A DNA stretch of 53,622 nt, the filler included, from Sphacelaria rigidula (Eukaryota): assembly GCA_964200075.2 (NCBI GenBank). It is 5 parts of 5 records of this genome, joined end to end, with 100 filler letters (N's around TTAATTAATTAA, not from the genome) between each part and the next. Parts side by side here need not be neighbours in the genome. Positions count along the whole stretch, not along the records: positions 21,493 to 32,136 come from CAXNAA020006152.1; positions 32,237 to 42,879 come from CAXNAA020006153.1; 3 more parts are not named here. One strand, written 5' to 3'. Below, piece by piece: positions 25,590-38,338 of this stretch. Numbering within the stretch: position 1 is the stretch's first letter; the number at the start of each line of letters is the position of its first letter. Under the pieces are notes generated by a model. The model was not told the DNA's origin and searched no databases. It saw only the letters and a list, made by a program, of their open reading frames with translations. The translations under genes were made by a program, and so were the position numbers.

Positions 25590-28500
25590 ATGCCCGGTGA
25601 CGAGGCTCTTGTGCCTGTACGTGCTGGATACCGGATATCAAGGATAGAGACTGTCACCGCCAGCAACACTCCAAGTGTAGCCGGAGCTGCTGGCGGACTC
25701 AGTGCGGAGACCACGGCGAACCCAACCGACGTTTCTGAACAGCATACTCGCCGCGGCGGAGGGGGGCAAAACAACCAAGCAAAACAGGAGCGGACCGCCA
25801 ACACCAGCAGTAGTACGGGTGTAAGACAACAAGCAGTAGCCACCAGTGGCAATCGTAAAAGTGATGGGACCAGGAGAGGAGGGAAAAAAGACAAGAAATC
25901 GAGTCGAGCGGGGGGCAGAGGTGGCCATATCCGAGGCGGGCATAACTCGGGCGATTTCGAACATGCTGTGAAGGCAACGACTCATGTACCAACTGCGGGA
26001 GTGCGAAATGCGGGTGGCGAGCGCAAGAACAACGGAGGAGCTGGGAGAGCATCAGCCCCAGATCAGCAACACACGCCTCCTGAAATATGTGCATCGCCCT
26101 CTCGACGTTCCTCTTGCAACGTAACTGTTTCTGGGAAAGACAGTCGCTCCCAGCCAGCAGACCGAGAGCAATCAAGAAGATCTCATGGCCGTGGTGTTGC
26201 CGCCCGAAGTAATACCGGAGGTAATGGCCGGGATGCCGGTGGTACTCGTCAACACACGTTGTCTCAACCCGTCGAGAGCTTGAGCAACTCACGGCGTATG
26301 GACCCCAGGGATCATAGTGACACTGCTACCATCAGCCGCACGGCCGACAAACGAACGGATATTCACAGCAGGCTAGGTTCTCCGCCTCGCTCTCCTCGCA
26401 ACTCACTCTTTAGAGACGGTAGCAGTCCTGCTAACAAGGAACACCACCGCAACCGCCGACAGCCGCATCAGCGGCAGCCGCAGCATGAACAGCAGCAGCA
26501 ACACCTTCATCCGCCGCCGCCGCGACCGCCGCCGCCACAGCAGCAGCAGCAGCAACGCCATAATCAACAATTGCAGCATGCGGCTCCCTACGCCCAGTCT
26601 GGTGCTCGCTCTAAGATGACACCGGGGAACAGTCCGAGGGGCAGGGGCACGTGCGAAGAACCGCGCCAGGCACAGTCATCTGCAAGTGATACCGGTACTG
26701 GTTGGGACGATAGACACAACGCCGCACGATTTGCTTCTTTGGCGGAAGGCCAGGATACTACGGCATCAAGACCTTTCCATTCGCTTCGCGAGTTTGGCGA
26801 TCCGGGCTCCTGTGAAAGCGGTTCACCACCATCGAGTACCGCGCCAACGAAGCTTTGTATTTCTACTGCTGCTCGAGGTGGCAGTGGCGTGGACTACGCT
26901 AAAGGTACGTGTATGAATATGTGCCCCAAGTCGGAGATACTGGAGCGGCAAGAAGAGGGCACCCTCAGCGTATTTGAAGCAACCGAAGATACGGCACATC
27001 TGCATTTTCGACGTCGTAAAGCAGATCCTGGAAAAGCGGTCAAGAAGTATCGTCGATCAGCCGCAGGGCGGGACATGCACAGGTACTCAGCCTAAGAGTA
27101 CGACGTTGACGGATGGCTGTTATTGTCGTTAGCATTCTGCACTAGCTCAGAGCCACGCGTTCTCAGACCCGGAGGCTAGCCGGACAAGTCATGATTGACA
27201 CGTCAACACGTTGTACTGCCAGCGAAATCGCCAAATCGTAACACATCGTGCCCGTTCCCCGTCCTGCTGCCCGCCCGTCGCCTCTTCGGTCTGGTCTTGG
27301 TACTCAGCCCTGAGCTACTACGACCCCTGTCAGTCCTGCAACAAACAACAACATACCTGGTCAAGAACGTATTTGCTACAGCGTGCGAAGACAGCAACGA
27401 AGGGAAGGGGGCCAAGAGCGGCTCTGTAGGAGGGGTGTCCAGTATCACGAGAGCGTATGTTTTTGTTGAGGATAGGTTACGGGCCGTTCGCCAGGACCTT
27501 ACTGTGCAGGGTTTGGGGGTAGCAACCGAAGCCGCTGAGGTTCTCAAGTTGGTCGCAAATTTTTACGTTGTGGCCGGCTATCTTCTGTCAGACCAGGTAG
27601 GTGTTCTGATTCACAGAAAGGCAATGCTCCATCCCTCCTGATAGACTGGAGGGAGTGGCATTCTACTCATAGCCTACAGATAATGTTCACCACTGTACTG
27701 TTGTACCTCTTCAAATGTTAGCATGCGTTGAATTTACTGATGACGTGGCTTCCAAGTTCAGGGCTATCGTATTCAGAGTGTGGCATCCGTGAATCGGTTT
27801 CGAGTGTTCGCTGAACGTCCGCGTTGTGGATGACTCTCACGAATAATTGTGGGCGTTGTAACACTTTTATTCGCACGTACGACTAACGTGAACTCCTTTC
27901 CGTACCGTACTTCCGCGCAAAATGGTATTTCCATCCGCAGCCGTCTGGCGCCTTCGATAAGCACCTGCACATCAGAGAGCTACAGGGAGTGTTCACCTCT
28001 CTATCGGACATGTTTTTCCAGGTGGGCTTGCTGCAGCGACACCCTGCGAAATGTGCGTTATTTCTACGCATTTCAATTACCCTCCATAGGATAATGATTG
28101 GATACGACAATAGTAGAAGGAACCACGGTCATGATCCAGATCAGTCTCGTGAGGGAGGGAGTTGGTGGAGTTATACCTGTAGTTTTTTGGCGAGACGCTA
28201 AAATGAGTACGCGCAAAATGTTGTACAAGAAAAGCTGGCTATATTTTCCCTAAAACAATAATAGCGTAATCAAGGAGGTCACTATGGCAGCATAAAACTG
28301 TCAAGAACAACCAATGCATCACTCTGTAGAAGTGTATGAACACTGTAGCTGCAGAATCCTCTTCCCTCTCCCGTGTAGGGTGTATATCCAGCAGATAACC
28401 AAGCAACGGGACGTTTTGTTCAACCCTTTTGGAACCGTTGATGGAAAATTGACGATTTACAATGGACGTTTTTTCGGGAAAGATTTTTTTTTTTCTACAA

Positions 28501-30749
28501 CCTTTGGGTAAACGATTCGTCCAAGGCGTCTTTTTTGGACCCGTGCGAGTGAAACGTGGAAGAAAAGAAGGTCCCCTCTTCTACGGGTATGATGAAGTGG
28601 TCGACCCGTCGGTATTTTCTCACCCCGGCCAGATTGCATGGCAGGCCTCCGTGACGCAATCTTCATGCCGCACCTGCATGCCTCTCCCCTTGCAGTTGGT
28701 GCTTTGTGCCGCATCATAGCAAGCCTGCGCCCAAGTTGCAATGACAAAGGCGACGACGACGGCACATTTACTCGAGTTTTATTCCCGTCTACTGTGTATT
28801 CGGAGACAGACACCGTCAGGCCCTGTGGGGATGTTTTCACCTACTCCTCTGCACTGCGTGTGATCATGATATTTTTCAGCTTCTTTCAAGTGTAGCCTCA
28901 CGACATGCATGCTACTGTTCTCTATCGTGCGTGTTTACACGACACTATGCTACTGTTTGATCGTTACACAACGGCGACGTGGATGCCATGTACCCCACCG
29001 TTATGCACGCCTGGTGCACCGTATGCGGCGGCCGTCATGCTTGCATAACCGATACCGGCTGTCACTTCGTAGGCTGTGATCTTACGGCATATCCCATCCT
29101 GCGCTTTGTGCTGTACGTTTCTACGACACCACCTCTATACTGCGGGTTGATCATGCCTGAACGTTGCACAGCCGTACTTTGTGCTGCGTGAGGTTTATGA
29201 CCCCGGCTGGCGCTATCGCGTTCGGACCATCTGTCCTCGTGAGCGGCGTTGTGGCTTCATGCAATAATATCGAACGTCCTGTTTTCTTGCATGGAAGGCC
29301 GTGATTTACATCGTTATTCAGCTATACTATCGATGGGTGCATACAATTGGACGCACTTGGCCCACTGCGTGGTATTATTGGACAAACCCAACCCGACCGC
29401 TCCGGGGCTTCATTTTCGGTGTATCCATAACGTATGCTTCTGGAATTTTTTTTTGTCTTCCATAATAAAATGGTTGCCGTCGGTATTTTGTGTTTCCATC
29501 TTTTCTTCTTCGTCAGAAATTAAGATAATGAGGCGTCTGGCGCGGGGACGGGGAGGGAGGGTTCCAAAAGTGGTAGCTGCCCCTCCCCCTTTTCGGGTTG
29601 GCGATTCTCATGATAGTCAAAGTCTTGCGGGAATATTGATACGGTCAGCACGTTCGAAACCTACGTACCATCTAATTCAACTCCGCACTGCTTCCCATTG
29701 CCTTTATCTATTTGTCGGGGGTCCTTCTCGTGTGGCGCTTGTGATACCTCGTACGAAGTATTTACACTTGGACAATTGATGTATTTCTACCAAGTCGCTA
29801 CGTGCCGTTTTGGCCTCGAAAAGTAGAAGTGCCCAGGTGATTCAGGTACCCTAGTACAATTCTACGGAATCGTAGCGATGGTTCGGAATTCCTCATAGTC
29901 GCGGTAAGAACATCAAGTTGGCGCGGTTTCACGTGCGTCCGTGGATTTCGCTTACTCGTGAAGGTTTTCGGACTTTCCGGGGTTTACAGTGTTTCTATTC
30001 TCGAGCTGAACACTTGATATCGGGGTAACTCGCGCACCACTATACCAACTTTAGCAAACACCCCTTTGCTCTCCTGCTCGTCCCCCGGCACCTCATGCTA
30101 TGAAAAGGCTAGAGAGCTCACCACGCAAAATTCGCGTCCACTCGCTGAGGAAGACGAGTACATGTGTTTGCAGGCCGTGCACGCCCTGGCTACAGCTGTC
30201 TCCGATAACACTCATGGGGAGGCTCCGCTTGCTCAGGCAGCTGGTTCTAAAGGTGGGTATGTTGAGACTGCCTGTATCCCGGATTTCATGTGGCGTTTGC
30301 GGTTATGCCCCAGGTGTCTCGGTATCAGGCGAATTGACTTGCGACCTTGGGACATACGACGTAGTGCTCGGTGGATGGTTGATATGGATCTTGCGGAAGG
30401 AGGTGTCCCCGATCCCACACAATAATGTAAAGTGCGGCATTAACCGTACATGTGCCCTTCCTCGTCGTTTGGAGTGGTCGGACCATTCCTTGCGCAAACC
30501 CTTTCGTTCTTTACAACTTACAACGCACAATCTGATCTTTGTCTCAAACCCTCGTAAGCAGGCGTGGGCAGCGTTTTCGCCACTGCAGCGGCCAAGCTAT
30601 ATGCCTTCTCTAAGCCCTCAAACCGCCTGCATAATTCCTGCACAAGCAACGACAGCGCACCTTCTAATACTGGGGACTCGGGGCCGACTTCGGTGTCAGC
30701 GCGGACCGGAAGCACCACTCCAGATACTTTGACAAGCGCGTACCCTAAG
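25590..30749 (+). CDS. SAC3/GANP/THP3-domain protein with a long low-complexity N-terminus, 3'-partial
   Basis: Exons 25590-27082, 27308-27596, 27941-28021, 30108-30252 and 30562-30749 join with intron phases 2,0,0,1. SAC3 motifs: KGTCMNMCPKSEILER, AVKKYRRSAAG, LRPLSVLQQTTTYL, YVFVEDRLRAVRQDLTVQ. The start is uncertain because ATG 25590 directly follows a CAG that may be an acceptor. The last two exons rest on splice and phase fit only. Confidence 0.85.
28424..29572. mobile_element. Longer, more decayed member of the 15822 piggyBac-type family, in a SAC3 intron
   Basis: Ends CCCTTTTGGAAC and GTTCCAAAAGTG. Sub-terminal regions match 15822-15975 and 16185-16297. The TTAA sites are decayed. Confidence 0.7.
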
Positions 30750-31368
30750 GTATCGTGATGGCTATGTAGCTTCGCAATGGCCATATGTGCAACACTTCCG
30801 GTAAATCGAATGACGCCTTGCGACTGCACGTCCTCGATAAGAGAGAAGACGCTTATGATACACAAAACGCATTTAAAGGCTTTCGAGGAACGTGAGCGCC
30901 ACGTGCACTGTAGTACCTCACGTTTAAAGTCTCACGTTTTTTTTTTTTTTCTCGCGCACTGCTCTAAGATAGAACTCTAAAGTACTAGCGTCGGTAGGTT
31001 TTGGTGCAACAAAAATATCTATATCAAAACAAAGTGCCCAAGGTAGCATTAGTTTGTGTTATTGGACGATACAAGTAGATACCCCGTTTGTCAGGAGGGT
31101 TTTATTGACCGTTAAACACAGTTTTTTTGGCTTTAGTATAATGAGTAGGTGGTCCAAAAAAAGCATAACATTTCTTCACAAATTCGATCGGAACAGGCTC
31201 GATCGACCGAAAATACCAAAGAGTCAGAATCTGGGCTGAAAAGTGGCAGGATCCTCGATGACCGGTCAGCCCGCGAGTCACTCATTACTGAATACAGATG
31301 ATTTTTTTCTCTTGGAATGTCGAGTGGATACTACAGGCTGGGCCGCCTAAGACGCGGACAGGAATGTG

Positions 31369-32022
31369 AACACGCGATTTAACAGCTGAGTTTCAGGTTG
31401 TTTTCTATGAAGTTTTGACACGATGTACAGGATGTATGTGTGCCAAGACGCCACTTTCCCCCCATATATATCATACATATATATATTTTTAAGTTATTCG
31501 CGATTTCGTTCCGAAACAAACTGTTCTGAAATGTTTGATCGCCAATAACCTACGGAGGGAAAAAAAAATGTGGAGGGGAAAAAGTGGCGTCTTCGCACAT
31601 ACATCACGTACATCGTGTCAAATTTTCATTGAAAACGACCTGAATCTCAGCTGTTGAATCGCGTGTTTGTGTCCAAGACTGGTTCCTATGCGGAGATGAA
31701 CCAGTCACGAAAAAATGAAACGCGCTTATGCTGTTGAATTTTTAGTTTTTTCTTCACGAAATTTCGACACGATGCGCATGAGGTATGTTTTTAACTCCCT
31801 ATTGTCCCCCCTTGACATTTTTTTTTAATGAGTTGTCGACGCTTTTGCACCAGGAAAATCTGTTCCGAAATTTATATCACCAATAACATACGAGGGAAAA
31901 AAAAATGAGGGGGCAAACGGTAGGGGATTCACATATACCCCATGTATACTGTGTCAAAATTTCATGGAAAACAACTTCAAATTGAGCCGTGAAATCGCGT
32001 TTTTCTGCCGAGAACCGGTTCA
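31369..32022. mobile_element. Two adjacent, related foldback units (31369-31667 and about 31698-32022)
   Basis: Each unit has about 90-100-bp inverted arms (CGCGATT..ACAGCTGAG.TTCAGGT.GTTTTC..TGAA.TTTTGACACGATGTAC) around a shared CTGTTC.GAAAT...CCAATAAC.TACG core. Confidence 0.75.
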
Positions 32023-32136
32023 CTTGCTTTTATAGTACAAAAACCTCAGCCGGAACTGTGACGTAATCTACAAGCGCGACGCCTTTTCGCGCTGGAGGTC
32101 TCGTCTGCGTGCCATCTCAGACACTGCGCGCCTACA

Positions 32137-32236
32137 NNNNNNNNNNNNNNNNNNNNNNNNNNNNNNNNNNNNNNNNNNNNTTAATTAATTAANNNNNNNN
32201 NNNNNNNNNNNNNNNNNNNNNNNNNNNNNNNNNNNN
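32137..32236. other. Artificial contig spacer
   Basis: Same 100-bp N/TTAATTAATTAA linker. Confidence 0.97.
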
Positions 32237-32530
32237 ATGGGTGCCTCACCATTTAAACACTACGTGGTACGATCATCACCATTGTGCGGAGTTTAGGTTC
32301 TCCCACGCCGCACAACATGATCTAGCTTGACCACCGTCATGCTTACCGCAAACCCCCCCCCAAGCGCGCCAAAAAAAAACGGTAACCTGGTTGCCTAGCT
32401 TCCGTAGTGAGTGGCGTGTTTCATAGTGTCATCGCCAAACGACGCCAACCCCATCGGGGGTCCGTACAAAGCCGGGACAGAGCACGCCGGGTTCTCGCCG
32501 GACCAGGCTGGGGGCAGGACGGGGGGGGGG
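32237..32530 (-). repeat. Copy of the 9345 repeat family at a contig start
   Basis: The reverse complement matches 21070-21295. Positions 32460-32530 also resemble 10530-10590. Confidence 0.75.
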
Positions 32531-33169
32531 TTGTTAGGGGCGTTCATTTTTTCCTAGAATCCTCAAATGTTTCGGCCTCTTTCCGAAGAGTTGGATTTTC
32601 TTCGGAGTTCTCTAAGAGAAGAAATGATAGAGGAAAATCTGCGCCTACATTTTCGGAGTAGTGCGTCATCAGTGTTGGGCTCCTCCATTGTGCTCTAGTG
32701 AAGATTTATGTTGTCACATATGTGGAGAGGGACCTTTTTCGCAAAAGCGCGAGATTTTGTCTTAAAAACATGTCCCGTCTGTAACACCAGCGAGGTTCTC
32801 TGTAGTACATCTGCATCTGCACTTTGACCGACAAAAACAGTGGAGACGGACCTTTGCGAGGGTGGTGTGGAGCTGACTAAATGCCCATGGGCACAAACGA
32901 GCCTTGGTCTAAACCACGTCGAAATGCGCTCTTGCCGAGCGGGCGCTGTTTCGGCCGATGTTCATTTTCCTTTCGTTAAATGGCGATAAGCATGGGGCTC
33001 GGCATGCAAGTAGCCTTCGAACAAATCGGAATCATTCAACGATCAATTGGGATGCGAAAGGTAGCATGAGCATGCGGGAGTGGCGACATCTTCACCCCCA
33101 GGTAACGATCGCCTCAAGGTTGTGAATACTTCTCGCCTTCGTCGCAACCAGTCGCGAAGGGTGGGTGAC

Positions 33170-35050
33170 GTCATGACGCTGGGCACAACCTACTCAAGTA
33201 GCCACGACAACACAGCCACAACTCACTTGCTGCTTCTAGTGACACCGGTAGCTGATTTGTACAGCACGATATGAAGCAGGGGTTTACCCAGCTGGAATCC
33301 CTGGGATGTGTCCGAGACATGTGTCTGTCCACTAATCCTTTCAGCGTCATTACTCCCCCGCTAAATCTACGCAGGTTAGCGTGGGATATCTCAGTCAAGC
33401 GCGCGTTTCCCGGTGATGGCGCTCGCAAAAATCCAAGGCCACCTGCTCCGTTATAATGGAGGGCTGTACCTTCGGCGACGCCGTACGGTACATCCGCTAC
33501 GGCGTGTAAGTAGACTTGTACATTTTCACACATCACTTGACGTGGTGAGATCGTCAAACACTTCGCAAGACCTCGGCGAAGTGGAGGTGAGGGAATCAAC
33601 AGAAAATTGCCGTGTAAACATCACGCGGCCGTACTTTGAGTTGATACCGGGAGAAAAACCACGTCAATAACCCCTGTGACTGCTAGACTGACTGTCAGCA
33701 CGCCCGTTCCGAAGTTGTGGTACAGCCTCTAAGGGGATGTTGCCGCATTGCCAGGTGCATCGGCCAGGGTCCTCGGTAGACCCCACTGTTTGGGCGAGAG
33801 GAGCCTAATCTAGACTGGTTAAGCGACTTGGAGCGGGAACATTGAGCCCCCAACCATCAGGTATATTACGGAGCCCAACGGATTCTTCGTAGCTGTGCTT
33901 CGAGCGTTGATCGATAACCGGGCGAAGATTTATGACACGACTGGCAGAATCCGCTGCTGCGTACGTGCCCGATTGATGTCGTACTCGCTGCAACTGTCAT
34001 CAGACAGCAACTGTTGATTTGAGACAAAATAAGCGCACACTCTGGTATCCATCGTTTCACCGCACAACGCGTCCTCAGCTGCTTGCGCCACTGAACCTGT
34101 ATCTTTGACACCGATTATAGCTGTGGTACAAACCAACATACCCTCCAAGTTATCATCACACGGTTTGTCTTGACGCCTGACCTTCCAAAATACCGCCTCC
34201 ATTATGTGGGAAAGGAAAAACACTGCATCAGAAGTGGCCTAACCCCAACAGACGCAAGGTACGACTAAATTCAAAGTAACGCATGACAAAGACAAACGCA
34301 CCGCCCATTCGCATACAAATAATGGAACATGAGTTACTGGAAGCGTCGTTTTCGAAGGTTCAACTCTTCGACAGCGATCTTTCAGATGGACCCAGATTGA
34401 ACGTGTCCCTCTTAGGGTCCACAACAGCTGTTTTTCCACCGGAGACAACGCCTTTTCATCATATGATTGTTGGATATTCATATGCATGAAAAAAACCCGG
34501 AAAACTCCTGGCTGGCTTTGAACCTGCAGCCTAGTGCATGTACAGTCAAAATGCATCTCTTCGCTTCCAGGGACCATTTTCACGAGACAAGGAAAGCGAT
34601 GACACACCATGAGGATTGGAGTTCATTCTGGTGGCGTCTGTGATTCTTTTTCCTTCATTTCTTGTCCTTCCGATTTGTTGAGAGCTGATGCCACATTCTC
34701 ATCGTCCCCGGAAACCATTTTGGACTTGAACAAAAAGTGAGAGCGGAGGAAAAATCCGATGAAGATGCGAAAGGGACGTGAAGTGGTCGCCACGACTGGG
34801 CTGTGCTGCTCTTCATGTGGTGCACAGCTGGCTTTCTCATCATCAGCCATAGCCACGGTGGCTTCATTCCCACCAACAGTATTTTGTGCATCTTCAAGAT
34901 CATCAACACTTTCCCCCCCCTAGTTCGGAACGGCGCGTGATTCCTCGTGATGAAGCTGTGAACCGTCATTTTCCCTTCACTTTTCCTGTTTCGTCAACAC
35001 ATATGGCCTTAGCAGTGGTCAGTTTTCGTGGGTATAAGCTTGTCATGGAT
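33170..35050 (-). pseudogene. Decayed coding-like segment of unknown origin (possible transposon ORF remnant)
   Basis: Successive protein-like minus-strand frames (33171-33599, 33805-33993, 33930-34223, 34623-34856) are broken by stops and frameshifts. I could not build a consistent splice model. Confidence 0.3.
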
Positions 35051-37424
35051 TGCAAGCGGAGTGCGCTGGCAGCTGTCGCTGTTGGGATATATGAAAATAA
35101 CATACATCATTATCTCCCATCCTTGTTTTCGCAGCGGTCCTGGTACTTTCGGGGCAGGGCTGGCAAACTTCGAGTGTGTGTTTATGTTGCACGCATGTCA
35201 CACCGTTTCGACTGCACCCCCCCCTCTTATGCCAGCATCTGTACAGCTGCTACCCAACCCTCCATACATCCTGCGAACTTGTGCATCAGCCCCTGAATAC
35301 AACGATATGAAGCAGTGAGCGTGCCATCGTTCCCCACTCAACACAGTGTACTTACTGCCGGGGCAAGGATGACATACCTCGAGCATGTTTTGGTCTCGCA
35401 CGCATGTCGCATTTTGGCGGCTATGTGTACTTCGTGTTTTACTGCTGCTGCACCTGGTGCTGCTACTCTCTATCGTGAGGCATGCGATTTTGTTTTCCAC
35501 CATTGGTGGCTAAACACAGCGGGAAGAAACGGTCAGCTTGCCATCGCTCTCCACTTAAGACAATCTACCGCAAACTGCTGATATTTCTGCTTCATGTTCC
35601 ACAATACCACATACAGCATGAAGCTTTGCTGGCACCACACGAGGGGTCAGGCAGGGGGCAAATACTGGCTAGCAGCGCAAAAGGCAATCCATTTGTCCCT
35701 GCTTTCTATGGACTATTGCTCATTTTAATCCAATACAGCTACCTGCTACATGCGAAGTGGTCTACCTGTGGTCAACTGGTACTGTAGGGGAACAAGGTGA
35801 CCATTTTGATAGCCAAAATTAGTCAGAATGATCACTGCGCTTTTCTCGGGCCTTGTTCCTGGTTGGGAATTTTCCGTGGGAAACTTTCAAACACAAATGG
35901 TTGATTTCGTGAGCTTCTCGGTTGTTCTTTGAACAGGCGCCCCCTTCCCCCCCCCCCCCCGCCCCCTGCTATGGGATGCATGATAATGAGTACGCCCCCG
36001 CACCCTGGGAACCTCTCCACCTTTTCCCTGAACTGTCAGCCAGTGGAACTGTTCCGAGGCGACGCTCGCGAAGGGTTAAGCTTCACCGTCTTTTTCTTCA
36101 CAAGAGACATTGTCGACTCAGGTCAACACTAAATTGGAAGAGACGTAGCGAGATGTTTGGTGACGACCTCATCCCATCAACAGTAAAATTTATTGTTTTC
36201 ATATCCACCGCGTAGTCGGTAGTCCGTGTATGCTGGAAATGGATGAGAACGTGCATTCTTCATTCAACACCCGTTACGATCGGGCTCCAAGCCAACACTG
36301 AAAAGGAAAAGACAAGAAAATGCTGAAAGCTGCACTGTCTGTCTGTGCTCGAATACGCTACAACACTAGAAAAAACTGTAGTGCTGATAGTCCGTGTATG
36401 CTAATAGCAACAATACCAACCCAAACACTACCCAACAGCTGTTTATTACATACAAGATAATCGCGCATTTAATCAAATAAGGAGGTGCCCGTCGTGCCTT
36501 CGTGCTCTCTTTTGACGTAATGTAGTGACCTGCTCAAAATGGAAGTGAATAGGGTAGCATATGCTCACGTAGTCTTGTGGCGCTCCTCACTCCGCTGGAG
36601 ACGCTCTGAGAAACTCTGGTTATGTTTTTTTCTCCGCATCTGCATTTGGTTTTGTTCGTTTTTTTCTTGGGCATTTTAGCTCTTATTCCTGCGGGCAAAA
36701 TGGATGATGACCTACGTCGTAGTGGTGATGGTTCTTGTCAAACCCGGACGGCTTCTGTCGTGGGCTGGGCAGCCTTGGGTAACCCTTAGACTGCAACGCC
36801 CCCTAATAAAAACTCAGATGGTGTATCGTGCGCCACAGTTGGGGGCCAGAACAGCTGTTTTTTCACGAGGAAAAACGCCTCCTTTCATGAAGACGTGAAT
36901 GTTGGGCGTATGTACAAAAAATAGTAACGCAAGCCCCCCAACTGTTTTTTACCCTGTAATCAAGTGCGTGCAGAGTCGGCATGAATATGTTGTTTGTCTT
37001 CGCTGGATAGGACGGCAAAAAACAGTGAGCGTGCCATCGTTCTCCACTGCACACAGTCTACTGCCCGCTGCTGGTGTCTGTGTAGTGTTTCACAAAAAAC
37101 AATTGGGCAGTGTAAAGCCATGCTGTCAACGTACGAGGAGTCAGACAGGCGACAAAGATCACGAGCAGAGGAAAAGCACGTTTGGTCTCATGTTATCTAT
37201 GGTTGGACAATCATGACGAGTATGAGAAATACGGGTAGCGGCAATTTTTCGATGTACCGGGAACGAATTTACGCAAGTGAATAAGCCGGCAGAGCCGGCA
37301 ACAAAAGTTGTACCTCCTCCCTTTGACTGGTGTACATAAATATGAACTGAACTATTTTATCGCGAAGCGCCATTATGGCCGAGCGTTCAAAATCGGCATC
37401 CGGCTAAAGTTTAGTGTCTCTTAA

Positions 37425-37522
37425 CCCTTAGACCGCGAGATTAGTATTTCTGGATCATGCATATTTTTTTTCACTTGAAATTGATGCCGATTCAACAGAA
37501 GACTAACCTCGCGGTCTAGGGG
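37425..37522. mobile_element. 98-bp piggyBac-type MITE
   Basis: TTAA|CCCTTAGACCGCGAGATTAGT ... ACTAACCTCGCGGTCTAGGGG|TTAA, TIRs matching at 19/21. Confidence 0.85.
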
Positions 37523-38338
37523 TTAAAAATGTAGCGGGGGACTTAAACATGGGACATTCCTGTTTCATTGCACTGCAGAACAAATACGCTCACGCCCTCT
37601 CTCGTGCTGTACTTGTCACTGTACTGCTGTGTGTTTGGACCTTGCGACGACGGTTTGGTCTCCGCTGGGATAGCAGAGCTACGATATTATCGTTGTATTC
37701 GTCGGTAGAAGAGAGTGATAGTCGACAGGCAGTGCTGTCTACACCTTGGCTGTTGAAAACCTAATGGTGGATTGGCTGTTTCGCCTTCCGTAGAACGAAG
37801 AAGGCGCTGCCCGCTGCTGCGGCACTCTGTTTAGCTGGTGCTGTGCGTTGGGGCTTCGTGCTGTATTGCGTTGGAACATGTGAATGTGGGGGTGGTCAGT
37901 GACCGGGTGGGGAGCCCAGACAGGGTGCCTCCAAATGAGGAGTATGACAATCCCAGACTGGGGATTCCAGGATGACGGCCCCAGGGTGACAGGTCCGGAT
38001 TAACGTGCCCGGGCTTGTTAGGAAGCGGGTCGTGTCACACAGAGATCATGATCACATTATGAGAAGTAACCGTATGTGTAGTATGAGTTGTACCTGATCG
38101 TGAGTTCGACCGCACCAACACTAGGTTAGACTACTCTCCAAGTTTTGTACAAGGTACATGTACCGGTCTGATTGGTGGTTACCAAGTAAAATAGTCCTGC
38201 TGGCTCTTCAGTCTGCCCGAATAGCCGGCGAGGAAGTCCGTATGTAGTCCATCTGGGGTGTGGCATCCTGATCATTCTAACGAATCACAGTTCTCAAAAA
38301 TGGACACTCCGCTTTTCTCGGGCCCCGTCTCTGGCTAA

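Noticed and set aside
37879..38289. Solo LTR (TGTGA...TCACA)
   Set aside because: The flanks do not form a TSD, and there is no second copy, PBS or PPT in the window.
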